Shown: positions 24,101 through 36,125, counted from the first letter of the whole stretch. The stretch: 56,812 nt of DNA, filler included, from Catajapyx aquilonaris (GCA_000934665.2; 2 parts of 2 records of this genome joined end to end with filler, not necessarily neighbours in it), one strand, 5' to 3'. Notes: generated by a model not told the origin, from the sequence alone. Numbers and translations: made by a program.

Positions 24101-26593
24101 GCAGCTAACCCCACCATGGGCGCTAGTTCGGGGTCAAAGCAGTGCCATCAACCGCGACCTCCTCATGTATGCCCAAGTCCTGGAAGAGATGGGTTGGACA
24201 TGGAAGGTGGACCGCAACCCTTCCTCAGCGTACCTCCGCAAGAGCAACACCACCAGACAAGACGGCTGGTCACTCCTCCTGTGCCTGGCATTCACCGATG
24301 GGGACAAAGGCGAGTGCTTCAACCAGGAGGACCTCTTCCAACTTAACCCTCGCCAGAAGGTGGGTTGACCATGGTTGGACAGGGCATTGTCTCACTCTTT
24401 GCTCCAACAGGTGAGCAAGATCCCTGGTATCCGCAACATGCTCTGGCGTAAGGACGGATTGTGTAGGACCCTGGAGAGGGCATCCAACCCTCTGGGACCA
24501 CTCTGCTTCCCTCTTCCTCACCGCTTCGAGGATCTGCTCAACGAGGCCGACGGAAGAGCCTCTTCCACTTCTTGGGTCCTCAAACCCACGCTTCCAGGAG
24601 CCCGCCTCCAGCACTTCTCCACAACAGACTTCTTTCAGAGAGTCAGACTTAAACAGTGAGTGGCTGGTAGATGGCAGTAAGGCTGACCTTGACCTCTGCC
24701 TCCTCCAACTTTGCAGGTTTCCTCTCAACGAGGAGAGTGTAGTGCAAGAGTTCATTCCTAACCAGCTCAGGGTCTTGGGGTACCCAGTCAGCGTCCAAGT
24801 TTACGTGCTTATTACCTCCATTTCCCCGCTCCGTGCCTATGTTTACAACGATGGACTGGTGCATTTTAGATACAATGCTAGTAAAGGGTTCAAAAAGGTA
24901 CAGGACAGCCCCATTTTCGGGCGCATTTGGTACTCAAACTTGGTGCAGATTTCAGGAAAAACATGGCTGACCTCGCAGTTGTGGCAGGCAATGTCGGAAC
25001 TGCAAGGACCCGATGCTATACGAGAATCGTCGGAAAGGACCGACTCCCTCCTGATGAACCTCCTTCTGGTTGTAGACTCCATGTTAGCCGAGTCATATGC
25101 CCCAAACTGCTTCCAGCTGTTGGGAATAGAGCTATTCTACAACTCCTCCCTGCACCCTTTTGTCATGGAGGTCACAGGTCAACCTAGCATGCAGGAGAGT
25201 CCCATCCCAGCTGATGGATTGAGGAAGAGTCTACTGAAAGACGTCCATGGAATTGTCTTCTCACCGGAGCCAATTCATCAACACGTCCATTCTGCTCTCA
25301 CTCATCTTACCCAATCCCGAGATTTAGGTGAGTGCTGGCATTCTTGAGGTCATATCCAGGTCAGTGATTGTGATGGATCATTGCAGGTGTTACCGGACTT
25401 AGCTGCCTTCTGGCTCATGATTTCTGCTTGACTCAAGAGGACCTGAAGTTCATGCTGGAGTCCAGACGCGAATTTTCATCTATTGGTGGATTCAGAAGGC
25501 TGTATCCAACACCTGAAGGAAATTCAGTGTCTGATGCTGTGGAGAGGTTGCAGAATAAAATGGAGCGTCCTCATGCCCACAAAGTGTCTAGGTACTGTTC
25601 AAAAGTGTACTAATATGCTCAATGTACTTAAAGGGATATTGTTTCAGAAATAAATACAGGCACTCAACAGCAGACATGCACTACGTACTGACAGACATTG
25701 AGAGTTACTTTTCAAGTCAGCAGATCAGAGAGAAGGAGAATGAAGAGGACAACGAAGACGACTATCCGATAGCCATGTCTAACGATATTCACAGGTGGGT
25801 TCAAATCTGGCGGTTTGGTGGTCGATGTTCAAATTCCGTCAGTAGATGGGAGGGTTGCAATGGGGGAGAAGCTCAATGGATGCCACATGGCCTCATAGAT
25901 GGCAGTGCACGCAGGATTTCTGTTAAATTCTATTGTCGATACCGCCTTTTACAATTCGACCAGACACTTAATTTGAATATAAAATTGGGTCGTTACACGT
26001 ACGCAGGTTCCAAGTACGTAATATGCAGTACAAGGGACAGAGGGATGACGACGAGAAGGAAGTTGAGAGGAGCGACTGTCTTACAGGTAAAATCTACTCT
26101 GGTGTATAGGGCACTGAGCAACTATTAACCAAGGTGTTTTGTTCCAGACATGTCGACGGCAGCGTACCTCCAAAAATTGGTGATTGAACCTCGTGTAGTC
26201 ATTCATCCAGCTTTTAATGCCTTATGGGCTGACTACACAGCTCATGTGCCATATGATCTCACTATGATCAGGATTGGTGGGATACCGACTAGATGCGGTG
26301 TTGAATTACGTCTGGATGACAAGTTTGGAGTCACACTGTTAGTTCTTTTTTTTTTGGTCGTTTAAGGCACTAATCAGTGAATAGGCACTTATGTTCTGAT
26401 ATTAAATTCCAGGCCAACCAACGTAACATTAGGACTGGGTACTACTAAGCTGTCCCTGCTAGTCGTCTCAACTACCTCAAGCGACACCTGGGTCCTGGCC
26501 AGCTACACGTTGACTGTCAAAAGAAAGTACCTGAGCTCTGGAGAGCAACCTTTCGACCCTTCCACACCACATCAAGTCTGCGGCCTGAAGCAG
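18148..26593 (+). CDS. CPED1: Cadherin-like and PC-esterase domain-containing protein 1 homolog (partial: start codon unresolved, C-terminal PC-esterase exons absent)
   Basis: Phase-consistent GT-AG exons: 18148-18390, 24081-24359, 24411-24655, 24717-24897, 24949-25327, 25387-25591, 25648-25794, 26007-26086, 26148-26337, 26413-26593. N-terminus RRRRWC plus a signal anchor. Motifs recalled from vertebrate CPED1: WSLLLCL, LWRKDGLC, VYVLITSISPLRAYV, CFQLLG, and the cadherin-like segment YTAHVPYD..LGLGTTKL..YTLTVKR..VCGLKQ. Confidence 0.85.
22590..22695. repeat. Short tandem repeat, ~3.5 x 29-30 bp (in CPED1 intron 1)
   Basis: aagcgttatttttaacgtatttttgttcg-type units. Confidence 0.8.
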
Positions 26594-28193
26594 GTTTGTC
26601 TTATATCATTATCATTAATTAACAACAAGGTTGAGAAAGATGGGTGATCAATTTAATGCGGGGAAAATGGAGATGGTATGATATTTAGTGGACTATCTGA
26701 TAGATATTTAATTATAATTCTATAGCCTTGGATTTTTGGTCACGATAATGGAGCTCATTTGCCTCAGGGGTATAACCATTTCTTATGGGTGTGGGCATAT
26801 TGATCTGATATGATCTGCACAATAATAGCATGTTAATTAACTAAAACACATGCAACTCATTTATGCAGCACAAGATAGTGTTAATTTATTAAATTGTTTT
26901 GACGATAACAGCAGCAAATGTCTTGCAAATATTATCATGTCGATTATGAAGCCGGATGTGATTATAATTGCCTTTAATATACTGTATATGACATTGGCAT
27001 TCATTTAAAGATTATTGTATGGTTTTGAGGACCCAGTCCGTAACAAATATGTAAGGATGAGCAACTGCGATTATTGTGTCCTTTTGAGTTGTCGTTGGAG
27101 TCAACAGTCCATCGCCGGAGGAGGTAAAACCTGAGGCTTCCATGTGATTCCCAGTACTATATAATATGGTAGGCTATTAGATTTGAAATGCCCAGCCTTT
27201 ATATATTTTTGGTATCAACTCATTACTCTATTGTAATCCTGTTACTTTAAAACAGTTACTTTTAAGGGTTCTCAGATATATTGGCGGAATATAAAACTGG
27301 ACACACACAGTAGGCCTATATGAGGCCTATACGTCATGGTCTCAGATAGTCTTTTTCAGCCCGAGAAGAGAGGAAATGACTCAGTAACTTGCCGTAACTG
27401 GACTTCGAAAACTAAGAGACCACGTTTACCACTGATGTCAACCTAGATTTTGTTGCATTCATCATGAAACACCCTGTACATTCAGGCCAAGGTTGAGACA
27501 AGATTTCATTATAGGCTGCTGGTGTGTTAAACTTGAATACCGCTGTAACTGATGGCATGGTTTAATCAAATTTTCTTTCAAGTCCAAACAGTATGTAGTT
27601 TATAGATTCCAATAAGCTATAGTACGTCTTGCACCGCACTCCCTATTATCCGGGCTAATGACTGACTGCACGGGTGTCGCCGGATAATCGGAAAACACGG
27701 ATAATCGGAAGATGTCCTCAGTATAATTCGGACATATCGCTTCAGTTTGTGGCGCTTTTGTCCCGTTTGTTTATAGTGCTCTGCTCTAGAGCACTTCATC
27801 TTGTAAGCCAGTGGGGGAGGTGGGGGAGTGGGGACATCCACGTTCTCATATGACCAGTTCTCCATTAATACAGTAGTAATATCACAAAAACTAATTCCCT
27901 ACGGAATTGTAAAAAAAGGAAAGTAAGATCCAAGTAACGGATAGAAATTACTGAAACAAGACTGGGCTGCGTAAGATCTTCAACCTTATGGATAAATGTA
28001 ACCCAGAGATCTTACTTCCGCATTTTACACAATAATTAGATTTGTATCATGGTGATGATCAAAGCGTCTTTGTCCATCAGCCATCCTAATGCTAATAAGC
28101 CAATCTGTGGACCATTAAACATTCAAGCTACTCAGTAAATCGATGAACAAATTAATTAATTCAAGGATTATATTTATCCTTTATCCTTATTAA

Positions 28194-28368
28194 ATATATT
28201 ATATTGTATTATATATTATGTTATATTATATTGTATATTATATTGTATTGTATGTTAGATTGTATTATATGTTATATTATATTACATATTATATATTATA
28301 TATTATATATTATATAGTATTGTATGTTATATTGTGTTATATATTATATTATATTATATTATTATATG
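28194..28368. repeat. AT-rich low-complexity (TATAT-type) repeat at contig end
   Basis: Degenerate tatat/tgtat repeats running into an N gap. Confidence 0.9.
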
Positions 28369-28468
28369 NNNNNNNNNNNNNNNNNNNNNNNNNNNNNNNN
28401 NNNNNNNNNNNNTTAATTAATTAANNNNNNNNNNNNNNNNNNNNNNNNNNNNNNNNNNNNNNNNNNNN
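28369..28468. other. Artificial contig-joining spacer (N44-TTAATTAATTAA-N44, 100 nt)
   Basis: Exactly 44 N, then the 12-mer TTAATTAATTAA (stop codons in all six frames, a well-known pseudomolecule linker), then 44 N. Confidence 0.9.
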
Positions 28469-28548
28469 CCACGCTCATTCTGACAGTAATATACTGTGTG
28501 AAATACAAGTAATTTCTACTGAAATAGACTACCGAATGATTGTTTCAG

Positions 28549-30128
28549 GAGTGCTATGTGGTTGTTGAAGGCGGAAAGGAAGAATCAGAAAAACTGCTGC
28601 AGCAGCGCTTTGACTACATCTTGTACACTGGTTCGGCTAATGTTGGCCGATTGGTTCATGCTGCTGCCACTAAACATCTTACGCCTACTACTCTGGAGTT
28701 GGGAGGAAAGAGGTTGGAAATGTTGTGTACTATCATAAGCCCAAAATCACGAGCACTGATATTTTATTTCAGTCACTTCACCTTTTGCCAATATGCGCTG
28801 AAAAAGTAATTTGTCACTGTCATAATGGACAGGGTTCCATTCACGATTGCAATGGCACTGTTTCTTTACCTTGCATTATTGAAGCTTCTTCCCACACGTA
28901 ATAAGTTAGACTATGACTAACGATGATGAACTTGTACAGCCCTGTATACATTGACGACTCAGCGGATTTAGAAGTAGCAGCTCGCCGACTGCTGTGGGCC
29001 AAATGTGTGAATTTGGGCCAGATATGCATCGCACCTGACTACGTTATGTGCAGTACCAAAGTGGAAAAACGCCTCGTAGAGCTAGCCCCCAAAATATTAA
29101 CTTCCATGTATGGACAGGAGCTGTCGAAATCTCCAGATCTCTGCAGGATAGTTTCTGACCCTCATTTCAAGTAAGAATATGTTTTTAAACACCTACAAAA
29201 TTATTATTTACGTCTTCTGAAGATATATGCTAAGCCTTAATTATTGATCATCATAATTATTATGGTATGAATACAGTTACTGCACACTCTTCTGTTTCAT
29301 AAAAGCATGTTTCAAATTCAAAATTGCAGGAGGGTAACAAATCTCCTGCAGAGCACCAAGGGTCAAGTGGCATTTGGAGGCAAGAGCGAACCGAACCAAC
29401 GGTGGGTGGAACCAACCATAGTTGTGGATGTCAAGGAAGACGATGCCCTTATGAAAGGTGAAATCTTCGGGCCGATTCTGCCCATAATGCGTGCCAATTC
29501 ACCCCAAGAAGCCATCCAGTTTATATCTAAAAGGTGCCTCATTGATTTATACGCACTTTCTTTCCTATATTTGTATCGAAAACGCTCTAAATTATTTTAT
29601 ATGCTTAAACTGATATAGTGAGACAGATGTTCAAAGTATGGGTAAATGATGAAACACCATAAGATTTTTTTAAATGCACGTTCTCTGTATTCATTTAGAG
29701 AGAAGCCACTGTGTATCTACGTGATGAGCGAATCAAACGATGTGCTGAAGTGCTTTGAGAATGGTACGTCTTCTGGACAGCTTTGCGTGAATGAGCTACT
29801 CCCTCAATTTTTGGTGGAACAGCTTCCATTTGGAGGTGTTGGCGAGAGTGGAATGGGAAGTTACCATGGACACCAATCATTCTTGACCTTCTCGCACCAG
29901 CGTCCTGTGGTCAAGAGAGACCTGTCTAAAATAGGAGAAGCCTTGGTCAAGGCTCGGTACCCGCCTTACCAGGACAAATCAAGGTTTAAGACTCTGCGTC
30001 GAATGGTGGCTTCTGCATGGCTGCTGGATTGGTCGAAAGTACCTCGTGCAATCATGATCGCTCTGGCAGCTGCATTTCTGTTTGCTGCTGGGTTCCTTCT
30101 ACGTCACTATGCTGGAAGCTTGTGGTAG
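28549..30128 (+). CDS. ALDH3: Aldehyde dehydrogenase family 3, membrane-anchored fatty aldehyde dehydrogenase (ALDH3A2-like); 5' exons missing
   Basis: Exons 28549-28712, 28940-29170, 29330-29533 and 29699-30128. Motifs [17 protein letters not shown] (general base Glu), GQICIAPDY (catalytic Cys), EIFGPILP and [17 protein letters not shown]-terminal hydrophobic anchor [24 protein letters not shown] at ~30286. Confidence 0.95.
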
Positions 30129-30338
30129 ATTTTTGCCATTGGCCCACATTATGGTTTTCATTTCATATTCAAGTGGGGATAATAATTCACAATGGGCAAT
30201 CCAAGGATATTTGACGGCAACACTGATATAAGAGGTATAATTGCCTAGAGGGGTATTTTCATTGTTAAATAATATGTAAGGATGGAATAAATATGTATTT
30301 CTGCAAAGAATGATTTCTTATACTTAAAAACACTATGG

Positions 30339-32073
30339 CTAATTACATGGTAATTGTCTGAAAAGAATGGCGAATCCTCTATTGGCTGTATCTGGACCAC
30401 TTTCTTCTGAGGAATCTGTGACGACAGTCAGAACGTCAGGTTTAGAGTTGGCTAGAAATTATGCAACATGTAATGAAGACAAATTACTCAGCTTTAAATA
30501 CTGCTGGAGCAAGGAAGCTGTGACCCCAACACGATGCTTTTACATCACTGAATATAACGCATCAGTCCTGCCTAGTGATTAACGGCCCCCCCCCCAAAAA
30601 AAAAAGCCGGAGAAATTATTGGACTTTAGTTTTTTCTAATTTAAAAGATGCATTTTCTCCAGCTATATTATCAAGGAACTTTTCATTATTGATCAAATTT
30701 AGTGTAACCAATGACAAAAGGTTACCTGGTGTTGTTTCATTCAAAACACATATACTATCATCAGAAACTGCATGATTCGTTTTAAATTAATCGGTTTTGA
30801 ACTCCGACGTGGGCCTATACTGATAACATTTTTCATAATTAAGTTGAATAACTTCTAACATAGGCTCGAAAAATTATTGCAATATTATTTTGCCTCGTGT
30901 CTGCCTGAATTACTCGATGAATCCTTGCAGAAATATGTTGCAATGATTGGCTCCGTGTGAATTCCCCAGAAAATCGCTGACAACGACATGTTCATTTCCT
31001 GGATATTTGGTTGTTGACAATAAGATCTGAATTTTTTAAAGAAGCGCAGTAATATAATACAGGTAGTTCCCGGTCTACGAACGGGGTTACGTTACTGAAA
31101 ATGTCCATTAGTTAAGTCTGATATATAATTATATACGTACAGCGTAACGATTCTGCTCCAACGAATCATTAACGTCATGTGTGTCTGCTTACATGCTCGA
31201 AGACCCAATTTCTTGTTAGGCCTACTTAAAAATACAGTATTATTATATGGAACTTGGTGTCGGTCAACGTATCGCAGAAGTGATTAAAAGTGGAGGAATC
31301 ATCATAAATTTTCCTTCCGTGGAGCATTGGCCGTTATAATACCGTTCGTAAGTATACGGATCGCAGTAACTCGGGTCGTTCGTAAACCGGGGGCTACCTG
31401 TGACTTCATAAGAGGAAAAAAAAAATGCCAAATAATTTGTGGAAAAATTGATTTGTAGGGGGGGGGGGGGGGGGNGGGGGGGAGGTTTCCCGGCAGAGAT
31501 TTCCGGCCGTTTTTGTGCAACACTAGTCCTGCCCACTTATGCCATGAGGGAAGAACAACATTGGTAAGTTGTTATGGGCAGGTCTGATGATTATATTCAT
31601 TGCTGAAGTGTATTATTATCATCAAGGACTCACAATTTCATTTCGCCAGCAGTAGGCTCTACTTCTGTCGTAAAGACCCGACTTACTGAGGAGACTAGGC
31701 AGCCCATTTCCGCAAAAACGATCAGCACTTGCTGAAGATAATCCACTAGATGAGAGCCGGGCGTCTGGAATAATTACAAAATCAGCCGTGCAGTCCGAAC
31801 CGTTGATGGAAGCTGCAGCCGTGCCTACATGTAAACAAAGATCTTTACTTATGAGACATACAGGATACCGCGTGTTTCTTACCTAACTGAGACGGGGGAA
31901 CAGTTTCCGTATTTCCAGACACGGAAAAAGTGTAAGGGTTATCCGGCATTGGTGACCACTCTGTCAGGCAGTAACCCTGGATTGTGTCCAGGCAGGCTCC
32001 ATAATGCATACCGCTTAATTCGTTGGTTCCGGTTCTACCCGCTGCAAAATGTTCAGTGGATGATGATCGGGAC

Positions 32074-32138
<65 letters not shown>

Positions 32139-33491
32139 AGGGGAAGGAGGATGCCTATATTTATTGTAAAATAACATCTTACATTCAGTTCTTGCTGCGG
32201 AGGCTTCTCGGTGATAGTTGAAGCTTCGTATTACACCTGAAGTCTGCCCGTGGTACCATTGGAGGCAGCCAGACGGGGCTGTTTAATTTAATGTAGTGTA
32301 CAGGACATTATGCATTTTTAAAAATCACATTCCGACCGCTTTTAAAATGTTATTGCTCTGCATCAACAATCTTTATAATAGTCCTATACTTACCCTGGAG
32401 CTGACCAGGGCAGGCAATTTGAGTAATCTGAATATTCCAACGGCGTCCAACAGACGTGCCTGCTCCAACATCTACAGTCAGTATCAAAGGACCTCCATCC
32501 CGCTCAAGTGCTACATAAACTGCATAACCAGGAATGAGACCCTAATACGTGCAGAATAACTTTGTGATTTAATTTTAGACAAAATGGAGCAGGTTAATTT
32601 TATTTTTGAATACCTAATCATTACTTGTTGACTTACGATGTTGTCCACTGTTGAGTCCGCAGAGGCGAGGCACAGGGGAAGGTGTCCCAGATACCGTAAA
32701 AATATCGGTCCGGCAATTTCCCTCAGCATCTGGTGGAGCTATTACAAACACGTCCAGGTCCAATCGAACCTACTTGACAAAATGTGAAAAATCTGTCACC
32801 TGACTTTTGTGAGTTGGCCACATGCACACAATGGCTAAGCTATACTCACTTGACATACGGACGAAGAGCATGGCTGTATGGTTACCTTACATCGTTTCGC
32901 TCCTGTGAAGGTCTCCGGAAAGCCAGGGCTTGAAAAATAGGTGCTATTTACCTTGGTCTCCTGACCGCAAGTCACACTCACTGCAAATATACCCAACTTG
33001 TGTAAGGACATACAGTATTTGCATATTGTGGCTTACGAAGACAGCAGACTCCAGAAGCACACGCATGATGCCCAGAAGAAATTCCACCAAATTCGGAGCA
33101 ATCTTTGGCAGACAAACAAGTTCCTTTGCGATCAGAGCTAGCTTCACAAGGTTCTCGGGAATGACGGCGATGTTTGTGATGGTAGTGATATCTCCGGAAC
33201 AACCCTAGGACTACATGTAGAAGGCAGGGTTTTATACCATGTTTCAGAATAATATTGAGCTCATATACGGAAGCACATTGAGGGAAGCGCAACCCATCCC
33301 TTCCCCCAATACGAATGGGGTGACAAATTGACAATGTACCCCGATGTACCCATCTCCCCAGTTGCAGCCCCCCTGCTACAGTACTTACATCTTGGTTGAT
33401 GAAGTGTACTATCCGCGGCTACAGTCTGAGGGACTAGAAACACAGCAAATGCCAAAAAGGAAAGCCCCCAAATGAGCTGACCCATCTTCAT
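30339..33491 (-). CDS. Secreted arthropod CUB-domain protein (N-terminal Cys-rich module + CUB + CUB-like domain), ~390 aa
   Basis: Nine phase-consistent exons: 33491-33389, 33210-33037, 32980-32850, 32769-32637, 32519-32394, 32278-32183, 32041-31883, 31824-31687, 30451-30339. Signal peptide present. Motifs GTCLSAKDC..GVCC, STYFSSPGFP, VCQVRLD, PRLCGLNSGQHLY, RRWNIQITQIAC, APSGCLQWY, IRSFN, DCTADFVIIP, DRFCG, NRGFAILFRQLPC. An alternative upstream ATG is at 33551. Confidence 0.9.
32075..32138. repeat. (TAG)n microsatellite in CUB gene intron
   Basis: Direct observation; source of the spurious poly-L and poly-V ORFs. Confidence 0.95.
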
Positions 33492-33873
33492 TCCCAGACT
33501 TTTCTCGAGTAGGAGCAACAACTTGGGCACCACAACTTGCACCGTGGCCATCTAATACTCACATCTAATTTGCACCCAAACAAAACGTGAGTAACGGGTC
33601 TGCTTCTCCCTCACCTTTTCGGGAAGTCATACGGCTCCATTTGCACTCCAACCGTGTGGAATATCTTTGCATAACTTATACAGTATAATTACCTCAGGGT
33701 TAGTTGTGATGAGGTCTGACGGTCAGATACATTCATGAATATATTAGCCTTGTTCTCGTATTTACTGTATATATGGTTTTTCCAACTAGAAGAAAACCCC
33801 GCCAGCAGCGTATTCGTTGGCCCAAAACAAGAAGTCAAAAATATATAGTGTTAAGAAAATAATGTTAATAAAG

Positions 33874-33917
<44 letters not shown>

Positions 33918-33977
33918 CCCCCCTCTCTCTCGGGGTCAAATATATTAATATTTACCATATGTTAAAATTGTTGTGCA

Positions 33978-34201
33978 GGGCGAAGTGGCGCAGTGGTTAG
34001 CGCAGCAGCCTTCCCATCTCTGAGGTCCCGAGTTCGATCCCCGGGTCGGACAGAGGATAAGTATGTGGATACGGATAGAGTTTCGATGGGTTCTCTCCGT
34101 GTTCGCGTTGGTTTTCTCGGGGTTCTCCCGTTTCCTCCCACAATCAATATCCACTAAGAGAGGCCCTAAGAGGCCCAAGGAGGCCTATCACTGGGTATCC
34201 A

Positions 34202-34267
<66 letters not shown>
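33978..34267 (+). mobile_element. tRNA-derived SINE with V-domain-like core and (TAT)n tail
   Basis: A box GTGGCGCAGTGG and B box GAGTTCGATCCC. The core gttctctccgtgttcgcgttggttttctcggggttctcccgtttcctcccaca resembles the V-SINE central domain. 3' (tat)n tail. Confidence 0.8.
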
Positions 34268-34303
34268 TAGTAATAAATTATTAATAAATTTGTAATGATT
34301 GGG

Positions 34304-34415
34304 TGGAATTTTCGTCTCACTGATAGTTACTGCTAACTTAGCAGTACCGCAGTGTTGGCATCAATGGTACTGCTAAGTTACTACAACTGGTACAACTACA
34401 AGTGGTACGAAAATT
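34304..34415. mobile_element. Small palindromic MITE-like repeat (second copy at ~46895-47001)
   Basis: gtggaattttcg...taacttagcagtacc..ggtactgctaagtta...cgaaaatt is self-complementary and present twice in the window. Confidence 0.65.
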
Positions 34416-34693
34416 AATTACTATTTGAATATGACAATAATTTTGGGACAGAAATCGAGGGAGAGAAGTGGCAAATAAATATATTCTTGCCGTGTCGTAG
34501 AGGAAGCAACCTCACCCAGGAATCGTCCTGGAAGTGACCGCCGGGGGTAGCACACGGGGTGTGTGTGTCCCAAGCAAGTCCCAGTCAGCTAGGTCGATCC
34601 CAGGGTCAGGCCCTGGGAATCTCCCGATTAATTGATTTCAGTATTATAATTTTTTTTAGAATCAGCAGATGTCATGATCTCATGAATATAGTA

Positions 34694-34980
34694 TTGTTGT
34701 TGGTTGGTTGGTAGGAAGGGTTACCCAGCTTGTATGGCTCTGTCTGAGTCGAGCCTTGGCAGCCGGGGGTAGGAGAGGAAGGTGTGGGATTGCAAGGTAG
34801 GGGTGGGTGAGAAGGGTGGGGGAGAGGAGGGCTGGCCCCGGCTGTACTGCAATGCCGGGTCCAACCCAGGGACGGGGGTGGGATATTCTCCCAAGCACCC
34901 CGTCCAACCAAGAAATGCGAGTCAGGTCCGAGGACCGCTCGAGGAAGAGAGTACCGTCGCTGGCGAACCAGCCGGGCCTC
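34694..34980 (-). mobile_element. GC-rich structured retroposon-like insertion with (AACC/AAC)n 3' tail
   Basis: Sharp GC-rich boundary at 34980, multiple hairpins, and a simple-repeat tail ccaaccaaccaacaacaa on the minus strand. Confidence 0.45.
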
Positions 34981-34999
34981 ATACAACCATTGTAATATT

Positions 35000-35078
35000 G
35001 ATATGAATGAATTGATATGAATGATATGAATGAAATGATATGAATGAAATGAAATGAATATGTGATATGATAATAATG

Positions 35079-35132
<54 letters not shown>

Positions 35133-35240
35133 ATATTATATATATATATATATATTATTATTATATATATTCATAATGATATGAATGAATGAAATGATAT
35201 GAATGAAATGAAATGAATGATATGAATGAATTGATATGAA
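35000..35240. repeat. (ATGAA)-type and (TA)n low-complexity repeat
   Basis: Direct observation. Confidence 0.9.
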
Positions 35241-35289
35241 TATAGTAGGTTATGATGGCTCTCTTCTCCACCTGGGCAGACATTCCCGT

Positions 35290-36125
35290 CTGCGGCATTT
35301 CAGTGCGGCAACATTTGCTGACAATATACAAGGCGATTTGTGTTCAGGCGAAGAAATGCGAGGTCAGCCATCAGCCTATCAGCTACTACATAGCCTATAC
35401 ATTATTGTTTTAACTAGATCAGTGTTGCCAACCTCAACAATCAGTACATGGGCTCTGATTCAGATGCGCCACAATGCCGACTTTGTGTAAATACTTTTTG
35501 AGCTTGACGCGCGTGATTAATCCCCACCAGGGATGGAAAAAGTACCGCTTCCTTCCAAGAAGCGCTTCTTTTTTCCATGTGCAGGGATAGAAAAAGAACC
35601 GCTTACCGCCCAAAGAAGCGGTTCTTTTTCCATCCCTGATCCCCACTCTTCGTCACGATTGGCTCGTCATGTTACATGGACACCAAAGCTTCGAAATTTG
35701 CGTTTACAGACTAGGCAATTTAAAAAAAAATGGAATCTGGGAAAGGGATGTAACAGCGTGATATGCAGTCCTTTTTTATTATTTGAAAAAGTTGTTCTTA
35801 TCCGTTATCGCCCACAAGAATTGGAAACACCAGGACAGGATGGCACTAACTTCTGGACCTGGATAGGCATTTCAGCGCGGCAACTTTTTCTGCTGTTATA
35901 ACGCGATTTATGTTCAGGCGAAGGAATGCGAAATCAGCCATCAGCCCATCAACTGCACATTGTGTATGACCTCCCTCAACAATGAGTAATGAGCTCTGAT
36001 TCGTGAATAGCACTATCAGATGCGCCACAATGCCGACTATGTTATGTAAAGCCTTTTTGAGCTTGACGTGCGTGATTAATCTCCACTCTTCGACACGATT
36101 GGCTGGTCATGTTACTTGGACACCT
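35290..36125. repeat. Diverged direct duplication (35290-35685 vs 35865-36125)
   Basis: Shared ggcatttcag..gcgattt.tgttcaggcgaag..tcagccatcagcc..tcagatgcgccacaatgccgact..tttttgagcttgacg..ccactcttcg..gattggct..tggacacc. Confidence 0.8.
35528..35638. mobile_element. hAT-type MITE, 111 bp, perfect 8-bp TSD
   Basis: TIR CAGGGATGGAAAAAG...CTTTTTCCATCCCTG. TSD atccccac at 35520-35527 and 35639-35646. The empty site is visible in the paralogous copy (~36079 atctccac). Confidence 0.9.

Noticed and set aside
31845..34284. Poly-L, poly-V and poly-Y ORF segments (and poly-H at 51293-51487)
   Set aside because: Translations of (TAG)n, (TAT)n and (CAT)n microsatellites.
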